Of a DNA stretch of 49,318 nt, positions 37,260 to 49,300 are shown piece after piece. Position numbers and translations under genes: made by a program. The notes beneath the pieces are model-generated. The model made no database searches. It saw only the letters and a program-made list of their open reading frames with translations, and was not told the DNA's origin. How positions within the stretch are numbered: the stretch's first letter is position 1; every line of letters starts with the position of its first letter. Source of the DNA: Polymyxa betae A26-41 (lineage: Eukaryota; Protista; Endomyxa: Phytomyxea); NCBI GenBank assembly GCA_003693705.1, contig RBZT01000691.1:1-49318 (forward strand), in the 5' to 3' direction.

Positions 37260-37565
37260 CGACAACCAGAATGAGCAAGGAGTTTGGATGTGGGGATAAG
37301 GCTCTTGGCAAAAAGAATGATTGGATGTGTAGGGTTTTAGGGGTCTTGGCAGAAAGAATGATTGGATGTGTAGGATAAGGCTCTTGTAAACTTTCGATTG
37401 GAGGCTTTGGGTAAGGCTCTTGTAAAATAATTATTGGACGGGCTAGCATGTTAGCAGCTTGATTGTTTCGCGATTCTTGTGTTGTCATTTTTCCACTTCG
37501 TATAGTTCTTCTTAATTTGAGGGCCGTGAAGTTCTACGATCTTCGGGGAGTGCTCGGCGTCCAGC
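37260..37565 (-). repeat. Copy B of the dispersed repeat (inverted relative to copy A)
   Basis: Minus strand GAGCACTCCCCGAAGAT...CAAATTAAGAAGAACTATACGAAGTGGAAAAA...CATGCTAGCCCGTCC with CAAGAGCCTTA and CTACACATCCAATCATTCTTT tandem units. Confidence 0.75.
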
Positions 37566-38059
37566 CCACTCCTTTGCAGCGTCGCCGATTAAATAGGACG
37601 GCCAGCCCCTGGGGTACGGTTCGACTAGGGCGCGGTTGACTGGGGACCAGTGGCTTACCAGTGGGAGCCCGTCTAGGAACTTATATGAGTCCGCCAATGG
37701 GCAAAGAAGCTTGGTGCGCAGCCGGTCCAGACAGACATTGACTGGCAACATAAGACTCTGGCCCATTCAGCGAAATCGCGCATCAATACGGAACGAGCGA
37801 ATAAAAAACAGTAGATTCCGCAGTTGTGAAGATCGGGCTGCTGCGATGCACGTTTTGGCCCTGTTCAGCTGATGTGAGCGATTGCTGATCGTCAGAAAGA
37901 GACATAATCAACTGATGTCGAGGATTGAAGTGATTTGAGGTCAATCAATTGGCGAGGCCGAACATCATCTGATTTGAGATCAGTACCGATTCGAACAGAG
38001 GCTTAGAGTTAGGTCCTGTTGGAAAAACTACCGAATGTAAAAGAGGCACCTGGGAATTC

Positions 38060-38620
38060 GGGCGTAGAACGATGTCGTTTGTACTTATGAACAGAGTACT
38101 CTACCTGTTTAGGCGTTAAACTCTGACCGTTCTTCTTCCGCTCTGCATGCATGTAACATCAGCATTTTCTAGCAAATTTCCGACATGTCGAGGTCGATAC
38201 CTTAACCTCATCACTAATGAGAAAAGACTCGGCAATCCTAGGCTTACCGATTCCAGCGCTTTAGGTATAATGGCCTTCAATCCATTCCAGGAATAATCGC
38301 AGCGCTCCCGTGTGAAACGCTTACACGCTCCCCAAAACATTTCGATATAATTAAACTCGCTATGAAACTTGGGGAAGAAGTCGATGTAGCAGCCTCCATT
38401 CTTCTCGGTTTCAAACAGCCATCGTTCTTGCTCCAAAAGTCGGGAATGATTTTCGCCTCATTCTTCGTTAAATTCGTTCGCCATAAATTTCGCTCAGAGA
38501 GAATTGATTTCAGTCCATCGGCCGTCATCATGCATTGCTCAATCCTTTCACCATTTGCTCCCAAATACAAGCCATTACGCATAGGCCTTGTGTTGTTTCC
38601 ATCATCGCTCAGCTCGGAAC
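38060..38620 (-). mobile_element. IS630/Tc1-mariner superfamily (DDE_3) transposase remnant
   Basis: GLKSILSERNLW and [30 protein letters not shown]; frameshifted and 5'-truncated. Confidence 0.85.
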
Positions 38621-40274
38621 ATTAGATTAAACGACCGATCCGATGTATGAAGAGAGCGTTGAGTAGACTGAAGCTCGCGACGGACATCCTGGGATGAGAA
38701 CAGGACAGAAGAGACACACAGGAGTACCGTTGCGGACAGCTTAACTCTGTAATTTTGATAGGGCTGACCTTGCGGACTTTATAAATCGGTCCCAAGAACA
38801 TTTTCTTCAGCAAACTCAGCGCCAAACGATAGATCTCAACGAAAGGTTTCGAACAGCGTTGAAAACTTTCGAAAAACTATTTTTTTTAAATTTGTTAGAA
38901 ATTCTTATCCATTGGCACTTGTATGGCGAAAACAGATATTCCACCACGCAAACTTATATGCGGCAGTCTCGCAGATTGCGCTGCCTTCGCAGTTTTTCTA
39001 TGGCGCACTTCCGTGATTGTATGTCAAAATGTAAAACTGCGTACGCACTTGTCCGATCAAATTGTCACTCATTAGAGAGTTAAGCTGTCCGCAACGGTGA
39101 GATGACAGGCAAGAAGAGGATATGTCATTTCTACCTTCAACAAAGGGCGCGAAGGAATTCAAGGTGAGACAATTACCCTTGTGGGATGTCAAATCGAAAT
39201 TGAACAAATTAAATCATACCAAGTTATCGTAAAATTCAGAATGAGAATGAGGATTTTAACCAGGTCATAAAATCAAAGCCGACCGCGATGTCAGCGTATT
39301 ATTGGGGATTATCCAATAATAGTACGGTGATATGATAATTAATACTGTGTTTGGGGCAGTTTGGCCTCATCGCGTTGCATCAATCGGGTATATGCTTGCA
39401 CTGTAGCATTAGAGTCAGCTAAAATTTCACGACTTGCTCCAGTTCATCGGACGCTTTTGAAAGCTACAGCTATTTCATATTGTTTGGCAGGGTGAAGGCG
39501 ATTCGCAGCGCGGCCGATCACGGAAAGGAATAAATTGTTTTGTTTTGTCAGTAGCACTGTTCCGTACTAACATCATTGAACAATCCAGCGATTTCTTCAG
39601 TTAGAAAGGCTGTAGCAGGGCTCGTTCGTGATTCAGTCAATTCAGACATTTATCGAAACAGAAATTGTGCTATTCGAAAAGGCGGATTGGAGCGGCACGA
39701 TCGTCGAGTGCTGTCTCATATAGTCTGTTGATATGCGGTTCGTCATCTCCCTAACGATCACAATTAGATGATGGAATACAGAAACGCAATGAATCCTCGA
39801 TGTTACCTCGTTTGGCTCGCTGCTGTCATGGAGTCACAATCCACGATTGTAGAAGTGTGCTTTGCTGTCGGGATGGACCTCGGAGATGCTGTTTCGAGTT
39901 TGGGGACTTGCTGGGCAGATTCTCTTTTGGTAGAGAGTAGGAGAGACATAAGAATGCTGAGTTTAATATCAGCAGAATTAGATTTAGGTGATGGGGATGT
40001 TGTTGTGATGCAGACTCAGTTCTCATCAAATATGAAATTGAGATTGCAGACAATAGGCAGCCGCCAATCTCGTTGTTGTTGGTCTTTGACGGATGCTAAA
40101 CATTCACGACAGCTGCAGCTCAGCAGAAAGCTAATTCTCAACATAATTATCACCCAGAGGATGAATATTTCAGTACTGCAGTTTATCCTTATCGACTATT
40201 AAAAACTGACAAATACTATTATAGATATGACGGTGGCCGCCCCTGCGACATCACCAACGTTTAAGCAGCGAGCC

Positions 40275-42781
40275 TTATGACTTCTGTACATTATTGGACA
40301 GCCTCCTGATCTCCTCGATCCACCTGACCAGGATCGCCTCCTCCTTCGACGCCAGATAGAAATGCCTCTGGGTGCTCACTGGGGCCAGCTCCAGCACATG
40401 TCTGCGATCCATCACCTCCATCGCCTCATTGCAATCCATCCGCCTCACCGAACAGTCGCCGATATCAATCGACCCGTTCGCATTCAGCTGCCAATCGGGT
40501 CCGGCGGAATCCTATCGAAAACAACAAATGGTCAGTACGACCGATTTCGGTACAATCTTGGTATCACCTGGCGCTTGTTGAAGTAGAGGATGCTTCTCGA
40601 GGAGCGGCACATGACGAAGTATCGGGAGCGCCAGGGTTTCTGGCCGTCGTTGCCGCCGCGCTTTTCGAAGAAATTCTCGCAGATGCGCTCCGCTGACCGA
40701 TACTTGACGAGCTCGAGGCACCAGGCGTCCCGGATGGACGTATCCGGGGCGATCAGCGTATAGCCACGTCGATTATCAGCCGGGAACAGATCGATACCGG
40801 CCCCTTCCGGGAAGTCGCTAGCGAAGGCCACCGAATCTTTCAACGCTATCGATTTCTTCGGCGCCGTCTTCAGCGCATCCGCCTTCAGCTTCCAGGCATT
40901 TAGTTCTTGCTTGGCGACGTTAACCACGAAGAACATGGACGACAACGACCCGAAGGTCTTCAGCTTCAGGTAGCCCTGCATGCCCGACCCGAGACCGCCG
41001 TCATCACTCGCCGCCGTCAGATGAATTTTGAAGCCGGTCGCCGCCGGCGTCGTCGTCGTCAAACTTTCCGTCGCCGCGTCGTCTTCATTCAGCGTCATCT
41101 CGCCGACCGGCATCGCATGCATCGGGGAAGAAGCCGCCGTACTGGCCTCGGGCATAGTGGACACCATCGTGTACTCCTTCTTGGCCGTCAGCAGATCGTG
41201 CGATTCGCGGACGCTGGCGGCGACCGTCGAATCGATACGCTTGGTCTCGTCGCGGATCAGGGCGTCCAGGCCGAGCGGGTCGAGGCGCGGCGCGCCGGAG
41301 CCGCGATGGGCGTCGGCATGCTCATGGATGTCCTGGATCCAGGCGCGGGCGTTCGCCTCGTTCGACGACGCCAACAGCAACGACTTCACTGACGATTCGA
41401 TATGGAACGACGTCGCCCCCGTCTGCGTCACCTTCAGGTCCTGAAGGTCCAGTACGTATTTCACGCGCATCTGCCCGGCTTTACCATCGGCGCCCAGGAA
41501 CAGATCGTTGAACAGGAAGAACGTTAACAGTTTGCCGTCTTTCTTGTTGGCGTTCGTCAGCTTCAGAAGGGCACCGTATCGGACGCAGAATCGCCCCGGA
41601 GCCACCAGGTTCACTTTGCCGTCGAAGAGAAACTCCTGGACTTGACCGACCCGACATCGCGCCTCGGACAGCGTTTTCTCACGGTTGATGTCGTCATCCA
41701 GCTTCGCGATGGTCGAGTACGTCCGCGCACACAGTACGTCCAGGCCGGATTTCTGAACGTGTTCGGCGGAATCCGGAGCCACGATGCGATTCAGACGCCG
41801 GACGACGTCCCGGAGCTCCGACATGTAACTGAGCGGAACCGACATCAACGCCGGCAGCGTGATCCGATCGCAAGCCACGTTCAATTCAACGAGTTCGGCA
41901 AACGCCTCGCGGCGCCGCTTGATCTGCTCCATCGACCTCGACGAATACGTGGATTCGGAGACGAAGATGATGTAGATGCGGCTGTACGACGCGATATGGC
42001 CGGAGATGGCGTTCAGGATCGACGTCAGCGCAGCAACGTCGTTATCGCCGGCGCTCTGGCGGCACTGACGCAGGGCGCGTTTCAGCTCTGTTGCGATCAC
42101 CACGAGATCGCGCCAATTGACGAAGGCCGCCGTCATCTCGGTTTCGTTCATCATGCGCGGTTTCCGATGCAGGACGTTGCTAGCGCGGATCACATTGATG
42201 TAGGAGCGTTCTACAAGACGCAGCGCCTTCAGATAGCGGGATTGTACGTCCAGGATGGCGACGACCAAGTTGCGAAGCACGTCGGTCGCCGTCTCCTCCG
42301 GATTCGTGAAATCGGCCGCCGGGACCGGCGGCGCTGCAGGGACGTCGGCGGCGTCGGAGGTATTACCCCAATCGACGGGAATATCGGCGGATGCAACGAC
42401 CGCGGGAGCGTCTGCGGTGATGTCTTCCTCGTCGTAATCGCTGTCGTCGTCTTTTATATGCGGCGGCCGATACAGCATGGCGCTGAGGCGCGAGATCGAT
42501 GGCGAGGTCGGGATAAATCGACCGGAGAGGAATTCGGGCGTGTTACCGAGGCCGTCGTCCGAGCTGCCCGACGAGTCGTCGTCGAGATCGGCCAGCTTGA
42601 GCTTAGGCTCGGGCTCGGCGACGGTCGCCATGGGCGACTCGGGCGGCGACGTCGGCGAGAAGAGCTGCGTCGAGAGCCAGGACGGCATCTCGCGAGCCTT
42701 GCCGAGATCGTCGCGGAAGATGTCGGTGACCGACATCTTGGCCGTGCGGCTGACGTCATCGTCCGCCTCCAGATCGGCCAT
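40275..42781 (-). CDS. RhoGEF (DH) plus multiple PH domain protein, FGD-like
   Basis: Acidic N-terminus, DH-like helices, PH1 (RYGALLKL...FFLFNDLFL...AWIQDI), PH2 (QGYLKLK...RDAWC), PH3 (FFEKRGG..KPWRSRYFV). Intron at about 40512-40565. The terminal PH helix FYLASKEEAILVRWIEEI needs a frameshift at AAAA 40360-40363. Confidence 0.85.
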
Positions 42782-44003
42782 AACGACCGCGATATTAAGC
42801 GGATATGGTGGGCGCTACCGGGCACGCGTCCGCTCTGCATTGGCCGGATGAAGATGCATGGACGCGTTTAGGGCAGCTCGGCGTGTTATGTACGATAGTG
42901 TAATGTGAATGAGACAGCCGAACAGCTCCTGTATGGGTCTCTATTAACTTGCAGACAGTAGTGCGGATCGTAATAGTGGAGGCTCCATTATGGCAAACAG
43001 ATCGATGCGTAACATGAGTATTTCTATGACAATAATGTGAATTGTGTTTGATACCGATATTCTCAGAACCCTTTCTGTGTTATTCGGCCTCCCAAAGGGC
43101 TTCAATATCGCAGATGACACTCAATGCGAATTCGCAATTTTTTGATAAATTTTTGTTTTTCAATTTTCATTCTCGCTTGACCATTATTTGGCGGAGCTCG
43201 GCGCTGTCGCCTTTGTTGCTTGAGCTGACTTTTCAAGACAAATTCCATTTATTGGACAATTTTATGGCTTTCGTTGTTTTTATAATAGCAAAAGCCATCG
43301 ATCAGGTGCGTAAAAATTTCATATCTGGTGGATATTCAACGAAGACAAACTTTTATTCCACTTCATAAAGCTATTGAGTTTATACAACTCAAACACCCAG
43401 TATTGTATTTGGTTAAATTACTGACTAAATTCACGAACCTGAGACAAGGATAATAACAATTCAGTTGAACGTAGTTCGAGGCGAAGTTGCGAACAGCGGA
43501 TACGGGTCTGAAGCAGACGCAAGAGAAAGGCAATGAAGGTATTGGTTGGGATTCTTGCTGCGGTGCTGTTTGGAGCTGGAATGAGAAAACTGAAACAAGG
43601 TGTGTGCTGTGTTTGTTGAGGAACGTCATTTGACTCTCCCAAAGCAGCATCGTGATGCCTGTTGTTGTATGCAAAAGGGTCTATCAAGACTAGTGTTCGT
43701 CATGTGTTTCGTGACAGAGAAAAATATCAACGGGCTCGCAGTAGCGATCGAAGGGGTCCTGGAGAATTTATGTTCATGATCACAGGAATCATCTTTTTTT
43801 CAAGCAGCAACGCCCAGGTTATAATAGTTGAATGTAGAACCTTTTAATTTTTTTATAACAATCCAAGCCACAGCTGTGTGGAAACTTTTACAATGGCGGT
43901 TGCGTTGATAATGGTGTTGTTCCGGCGTATTCTTTATCATACTAGCCAGTTCCAAAAACGGATTGCATTCATAACGAATGCTAAGTACTTTCAATACTTA
44001 CCG

Positions 44004-44128
44004 AAACCACGCGCATTTATAAATACGAACAGGTAAAACTGCGCATTTTGTAAATGCGTCCTGACAAACTCACGCACTTATAAATGCGACCAGATAAATA
44101 CCACGCTTTTAAAATGCGTCGATATAAA
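44004..44128. repeat. Four ~30-31 bp tandem units with palindromic core CGCATTTATAAATGCG
   Basis: CGCATTTATAAATACG, CGCATTTTGTAAATGCG, CGCACTTATAAATGCG and CGCTTTTAAAATGCG at regular spacing. Confidence 0.8.
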
Positions 44129-44230
44129 TTTTGCCCTTTTCCAAAAGCTGCGCGCGATTCTCTGAGTTGTTTGAAATAAAAAAAGGCCAACATAATTGGA
44201 AGATAAAGTCATAGGCGTTGTCTTGCAACG

Positions 44231-46124
44231 ATGTCGGCTTTCTTAGCACGACGCCTTGTCCAGCGAGTGCCACGGTCGTTTTGTCGGTTTATGAGCGGCG
44301 CGCCTGCCAAGCCACCACCGCCACCTTACGTCCATAAAGATCTGGATGACAAGGACCGGATTTTTACGAATTTGTATTGTGAGCAGGACTGGGGGATTGA
44401 CGCTGCTATCAAGCGAGTCTGTCAACTCTATCGCATATTACGACCAGTGTTATTCACTGCTTTCAGGGCGATTGGCACAAAACCAAAGATCTGCTTGCCA
44501 TGGGCCGAGACTGGATTATCGATGAAATCAAAGCATCGGGCTTAAGGGGGCGAGGCGGTGCTGGTTTCCCTTCTGGGTTGAAATGGTCATTTATGCCAAA
44601 GGTTCCATCGTTCAGACTGCCGTTTGCCTTTTTTTTGACAATCTTTAGGTTTCTGATGGGCGACCCCAATACTTGGTGATCAATGCCGATGAATCCGAAC
44701 CAGGTCAATAAACCGGAAATCTCGAATTCAATTTGTATCAATGCACTAAATAGGAACCTGTAAAGATCGTGAGATCATCAGAAGTGATCCCCATAAACTG
44801 GTTGAAGGGGCTTTGCTGGCCGGGTGATGCGCTCTAGCAAAAGTTTCCTTCTTACTGATTTGTATCATAGTTTTGCTATGGGTGCACACGCTGCGTATAT
44901 TTACATTCGAGGTGAATTCATTTTTGAAGCAAAACGCCTAGACGAAGCTGTGCAGCAGGTCCTTGAGCTTCTCTTGTTTCGAGTGTTATTCTGAGATCAT
45001 CGATAGGCTTATAAGAAAGGATTCCTGGGTAAAAACGCGTGTGGATCTGGTTACGATTTTGATGTTTACGTTCATCGGGGCGCTGGTGCTTACATTTGCG
45101 GTATGCAGCTCAACAGCTTTGAATTATGAGAATCCTGTCCATAACGTGTATGATCCTCAGGTGAAGAAACTGGTTTGATCGAAAGTCTCGAAGGTAGCAA
45201 ATTCTATGAGAATGCGATTCGCTTGCGTCTAATTTGGTCATAGGCAATCCAGGAAAGCCCCGTCTGAAGCCCCCGTTCCCTGCCAATGTCGGTCTATACG
45301 GTTGCCCTACGACCGTAACCAATGTGGAGACCATTGCAGTGTCACCTACGATACTTCGTCGAGGAGCTTCATTCTTCACCAGCTTTGGTCGCCCCAATAA
45401 TCACGGCACCAAGCTGTTTGCCATTTCAGGCCATGTTAACAACCCTATCGTTGTCGAAGGTTCGTTTTCTGTTTGTTAAGAGCATGGTCAACATAGATGC
45501 TTATGCGAATATGTTAACGCTTTCAACTAAAATTTAAAACAGAATCCATGAGTATACCTTTGCGGGAGCTGATTGAAAAGCATGCTGGCGGTGTTCGCGG
45601 CGGATGGGACAATCTTCTTGCTGTTATCCCTGGTGGATCTTCAGTCCCAATGCTCACCAAAGAGCAATGTTCAACTGTCTTGTATGTCCGAAATCATTGC
45701 AATTATTCGTTGTATAACACGTTGAAGGATGGATTTCGACGCGCTTCGTGAAGTACAATCCGGCTTAGGAACGGCCGCCGTTATGGTGATGGACAAAAGC
45801 ACCGATGTCATTAAGGCGATCGCACGTTTGTCAGCTTTCTACAAGCATGAAAGCTGCGGGCAATGTACGCCTTGTCGAGAAGGCACGCCCTGGCTATATA
45901 AAATTATGCAGCGTATGGTTAAAGGGAACGCTGAAGTGGCCGAAATCGATATGCTCTGGGAGTTGACAAAGCAGATCGAAGGACACACAATCTGTGCCCT
46001 TGGAGATGCCGCTGCTTGGCCTGTCCAGGGCCTGATTAGGCACTTCCGTCCTGAGATGGAGAAGCGAATCGCTCAGTATAAAGCGACAGCTGTATCCCAG
46101 CAGTCAGTATCAATGACACAATAA
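44231..46124 (+). CDS. NDUFV1: NADH:ubiquinone oxidoreductase 51 kDa flavoprotein subunit
   Basis: Mitochondrial presequence; [73 protein letters not shown]. About nine short introns. Confidence 0.97.
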
Positions 46125-46178
46125 AATAAATCCTGCTGTGTTTATCCAGATTAGGTAAACTTCAGTATCGCACGTTGA

Positions 46179-46319
46179 TCATAAAAAAAAAGAAGATCCG
46201 CGAACTCTGTGTGATATAGTCAGAAAATACAAATAAACTTGAACACAGTAATACAGTCTTAAATCCTTTCATAGAACATCTCAAATCATAAAAAGGAATG
46301 AAGATCCGCGAACTCTGTG
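46179..46319 (+). repeat. Short direct repeat (TCATAAAAA...GAAGATCCGCGAACTCTGTG x2)
   Basis: GAAGATCCGCGAACTCTGTG at about 46192 and about 46300. Confidence 0.7.
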
Positions 46320-46359
46320 GAATCCTGCAAATGTTTTTATTTTTACATGGATGCTTATG

Positions 46360-47672
46360 TTAGAGACTGTCATCCGTCAAATACTGATCACTGACGAAAC
46401 TGTCGTTGTTGTAGTCATCGACACTGTCATGATAATAGTGTGGATTCACAAAATTTTCATCGCTATCAATATCATAATCGTGCAGGAATGCACGAAGTTC
46501 AAGCTCGTCCTCAGGGAAGAGGTCCGGCTCAGGTTCATATGACTGGTTCAAAACAGAGAAAATCTCTTCCAGCGAAGTGAAAGGCCTTATTGAATCGTTC
46601 CAGGAATCTCGCAAAAAAGCAGGGATCTCATCCAAGCGAAGCCAGAATTTCCATCAGAATAAAAGACTTCGAAGTTCCAAGCTTGGGTGACGTACTCTTG
46701 AATGAACTTCCAGGCGTCGCTGAAACTCAAGCTGTCATCATCTGGTTTCCTGTGCTGGTTAAAATCATAATACGACCTCAATGATGTCTCAAAATTGTTA
46801 AAGACATCATTCATATTATCCATATTATAGTGGCATAACGTCTGGCACTCATAGGGATATAGCTCCATGTTGGAATTATGGCGCCAATACATCTGTTCGT
46901 CGGGGCCGAGAAACCAGACGCCGCCTTCCAGCAGGTATTTCATCACCATCGGAAACTGTTGTGATACCCTCTCATCCCCGTTCGACAGATGCAATCTCCC
47001 CAGAGCAGTTGAGACATCTGAATCGTGTAGCGCGACCAGATTCGAGTTGGAAAGCCCTTCCCAGCAATGCTTCCCTCGCATGTACACTACAAACGCGTCC
47101 ACAAGCTTCGAGCCGCTCTTCAATATTATAACATCACCAACTCGGAGGTGTTTCTTGTCCATGTATTCAGACTTGGGCATGCTATATTTACCACTGTGAG
47201 ACCATGAAAATGAACCAAGCCCAGATAGATGAAGGCTAAGATTGGGCCGAAGACATAACGCCGGTTGCAGAAGAAAATCATTCCAAGTTGCAGTAGGGTG
47301 GACAATGAAGTTGTAGATCGTATCTAAAGGCCCGAATGGGCAGCAGTATGGGCAACCGTTAATACGGGTATTGGGGCATTGTCGCAGGTAAATGCTGTCA
47401 AACATATCTCCAATGAACTGATTGAGATTGTGCATCTGAAGAGGTATATAATGGCATAGTGGAGAGCAATGCCTTTTCATACGATCCCAGAAATCTGGAT
47501 TTTTATGTGCCAGATCTGACAGAATTCAACCCTAACGAATGCCGAAATATCCATGACAATTACCACAATTTTTACAGGCGATTGCATCGTTCAGACTCAC
47601 TATATCGAACGCCTCAAGATACTTCAGAATAGGCCCATAGTCAACAGTAGACAATAGCTGACTGAATTTCAT
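46360..47672 (-). CDS. Hypothetical protein with N-terminal F-box-like motif; 3' end frameshifted or unresolved
   Basis: ATG at 47672. Removing a 48-nt GTAATT..TGTCAG intron gives ILKYLEAFDIVSLNDAIACKNCDLAHKNPDFW joined to ORF 46587-47480. An acidic tail lies in another frame (46360-46635). Confidence 0.5.
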
Positions 47673-47985
47673 CCTGAATCAACATCCCAGAAAACATATG
47701 AAGTTCGGGTAAAATTAGGCCCATATCAGAAAGCCACCCAGAATCTGCTTGACGGATCTTCACACAAACCAAATGGACGGTGGTGTCGATGTCGCTACAG
47801 CAAGCAACCAACCTTGACAAACCGGTTTAATCAGGTCGAATAGAATGTGTCTAATTATACAATGTGGTTGACATCAGTACACTATAAAGCGGTGTAACAG
47901 TATAGCAACTGCTCGACAAGTTTCAATGAAAAGGGATCCTCTTAGGAGACATTAGTGTGCTTTGAGAGAAATCGATATGAAGTGA

Positions 47986-48964
47986 ATGCTGCGAGGTTCC
48001 GTAAGTCTCCCAAGGCGGCAGATTCGTATGTCGTCGGTTACGGCCTGGACACGGGCTCGTCATGCCTGGAACGTGTTCCTGCAGGACACCAGAGACGGTA
48101 CGAGCTACCGGTGTCCATGATAGATGTGCAGGTTAACACATTGCATAGTTGTGTCAGGGGATATTCTACGACCCCCTGTTCCTAAGCCAGTTCCTCTCGT
48201 CAGGTTTCGAACCCAGGACGACGTTAATAGGTTTCGCTTGCTTTGTGATTCTCAATATGGCGGTATTCTAACAAGTTGTTATTTATTACCGATATATTCA
48301 TGGATTCCAGGTCATTCTCAAGCGACATTTGAGCTCGGCGAAGGCTCAGAACCGGATCGTAAATGTGGTATGTTGTTCACACCATAGGCAAAGCTATCGG
48401 CTAAGCTTATAGGTAGGTGTTCTGTCTGGCTTCTTATCGGTAGCGCCAGCAACAAATCCTGACGTGAAGCGAAGTGGCTTCATAGGAATTACCTCACCGG
48501 AGCAGTTTCCCCCATGGAATGTCGCGCTTGCTCCTAATTTAGGTATGCTATATTCATTTGAGCGCTCGATATCTGAATGCTGCACAGACATTCGATGCAG
48601 GACTGATGGCAGGTTATACGCCATTAATATCCATTGCGAAATGGCGTTCGAGACGGGCCTGTTCTGGCAAGGATTCATCACAGGAGGTGACGGAGAATGG
48701 CATACATTACAGCTGCCATTATCGCGATTCCTGCCTGTGATGGCCGGGCGTCTTGCAGCAGGTGAGCATTGCTAAACTTTGCATGCATCTGGTACTGAAT
48801 TGGCTTTTGCAGGCAAATGGAATATGAATCTGGAGAGCATCATCAAAGTTGGCGTTAGTGTCATGGGCAAGCAAGGCCCATTCAAGTTCGAGCTGGAATC
48901 AATGACGGCGATGCCGTCTTCAGAAGAAAATGATGCCAAGGATGATTCCACTGAAGTCCCATAA
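47986..48964 (+). CDS. NDUFAF1: Complex I assembly factor CIA30
   Basis: Presequence-like MLRGSVSLPRRQIR; CDSQYGG-HSQA, KRSGFIG, IRCRTDGRLYAINI, WHTLQLPLSRF, GPFKFELES. Confidence 0.85.
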
Positions 48965-49004
48965 GAAACATGATGACAAGGATGATTCCACTGAAGTCCC
49001 ATAA
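48925..49004 (+). repeat. 40-bp tandem duplication spanning the CIA30 stop codon
   Basis: CAAGGATGATTCCACTGAAGTCCCATAA at 48937-48964 and 48977-49004. Confidence 0.85.
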
Positions 49005-49108
49005 CCAGTTTCTTAGAATTGAGCAGATGCTTCTATTTCTATCCTTCAGCATAATGTCGATAAATAAAACTGTGATCTATCCCTCGATATTGTAGGAGTG
49101 TCTTGTTC

Positions 49109-49206
49109 NNNNNNNNNNNNNNNNNNNNNNNNNNNNNNNNNNNNNNNNNNNNNNNNNNNNNNNNNNNNNNNNNNNNNNNNNNNNNNNNNNNNNNNNNNNN
49201 NNNNNN
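49109..49206. other. Assembly gap (N run)
   Basis: Run of Ns. Confidence 0.99.
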
Positions 49207-49300
49207 NCGCCGTTGGTGCCCAGCACATCCCTCGCCTGATGAAAGATGAGAGATTTTCTGGGCAGGTGTATGCCACCGAACCTACCATCCATATAGCCAG
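49207..49300 (+). CDS. INTS9: Internal exon of an MBL/beta-CASP protein, Integrator subunit 9-like
   Basis: IPRLMKDERFSGQVYATEPTIHIAR matches the INTS9-type FxGxVYATEPT motif; followed by a GT donor. Confidence 0.6.

Noticed and set aside
38800-40200. Short ORFs between the Tc1 remnant and the RhoGEF
   Set aside because: No motifs or consistent splice pattern; cannot be supported as genes.
41642-42871. 409-aa plus-strand ORF (and 40907-41392) antisense to the RhoGEF
   Set aside because: Shadow ORFs expected from GC-rich codon usage on the opposite strand; no domain motifs.
44004-44128. CRISPR-like array
   Set aside because: The units are degenerate, the spacers are too short and similar, there are no cas genes and the context is eukaryotic.
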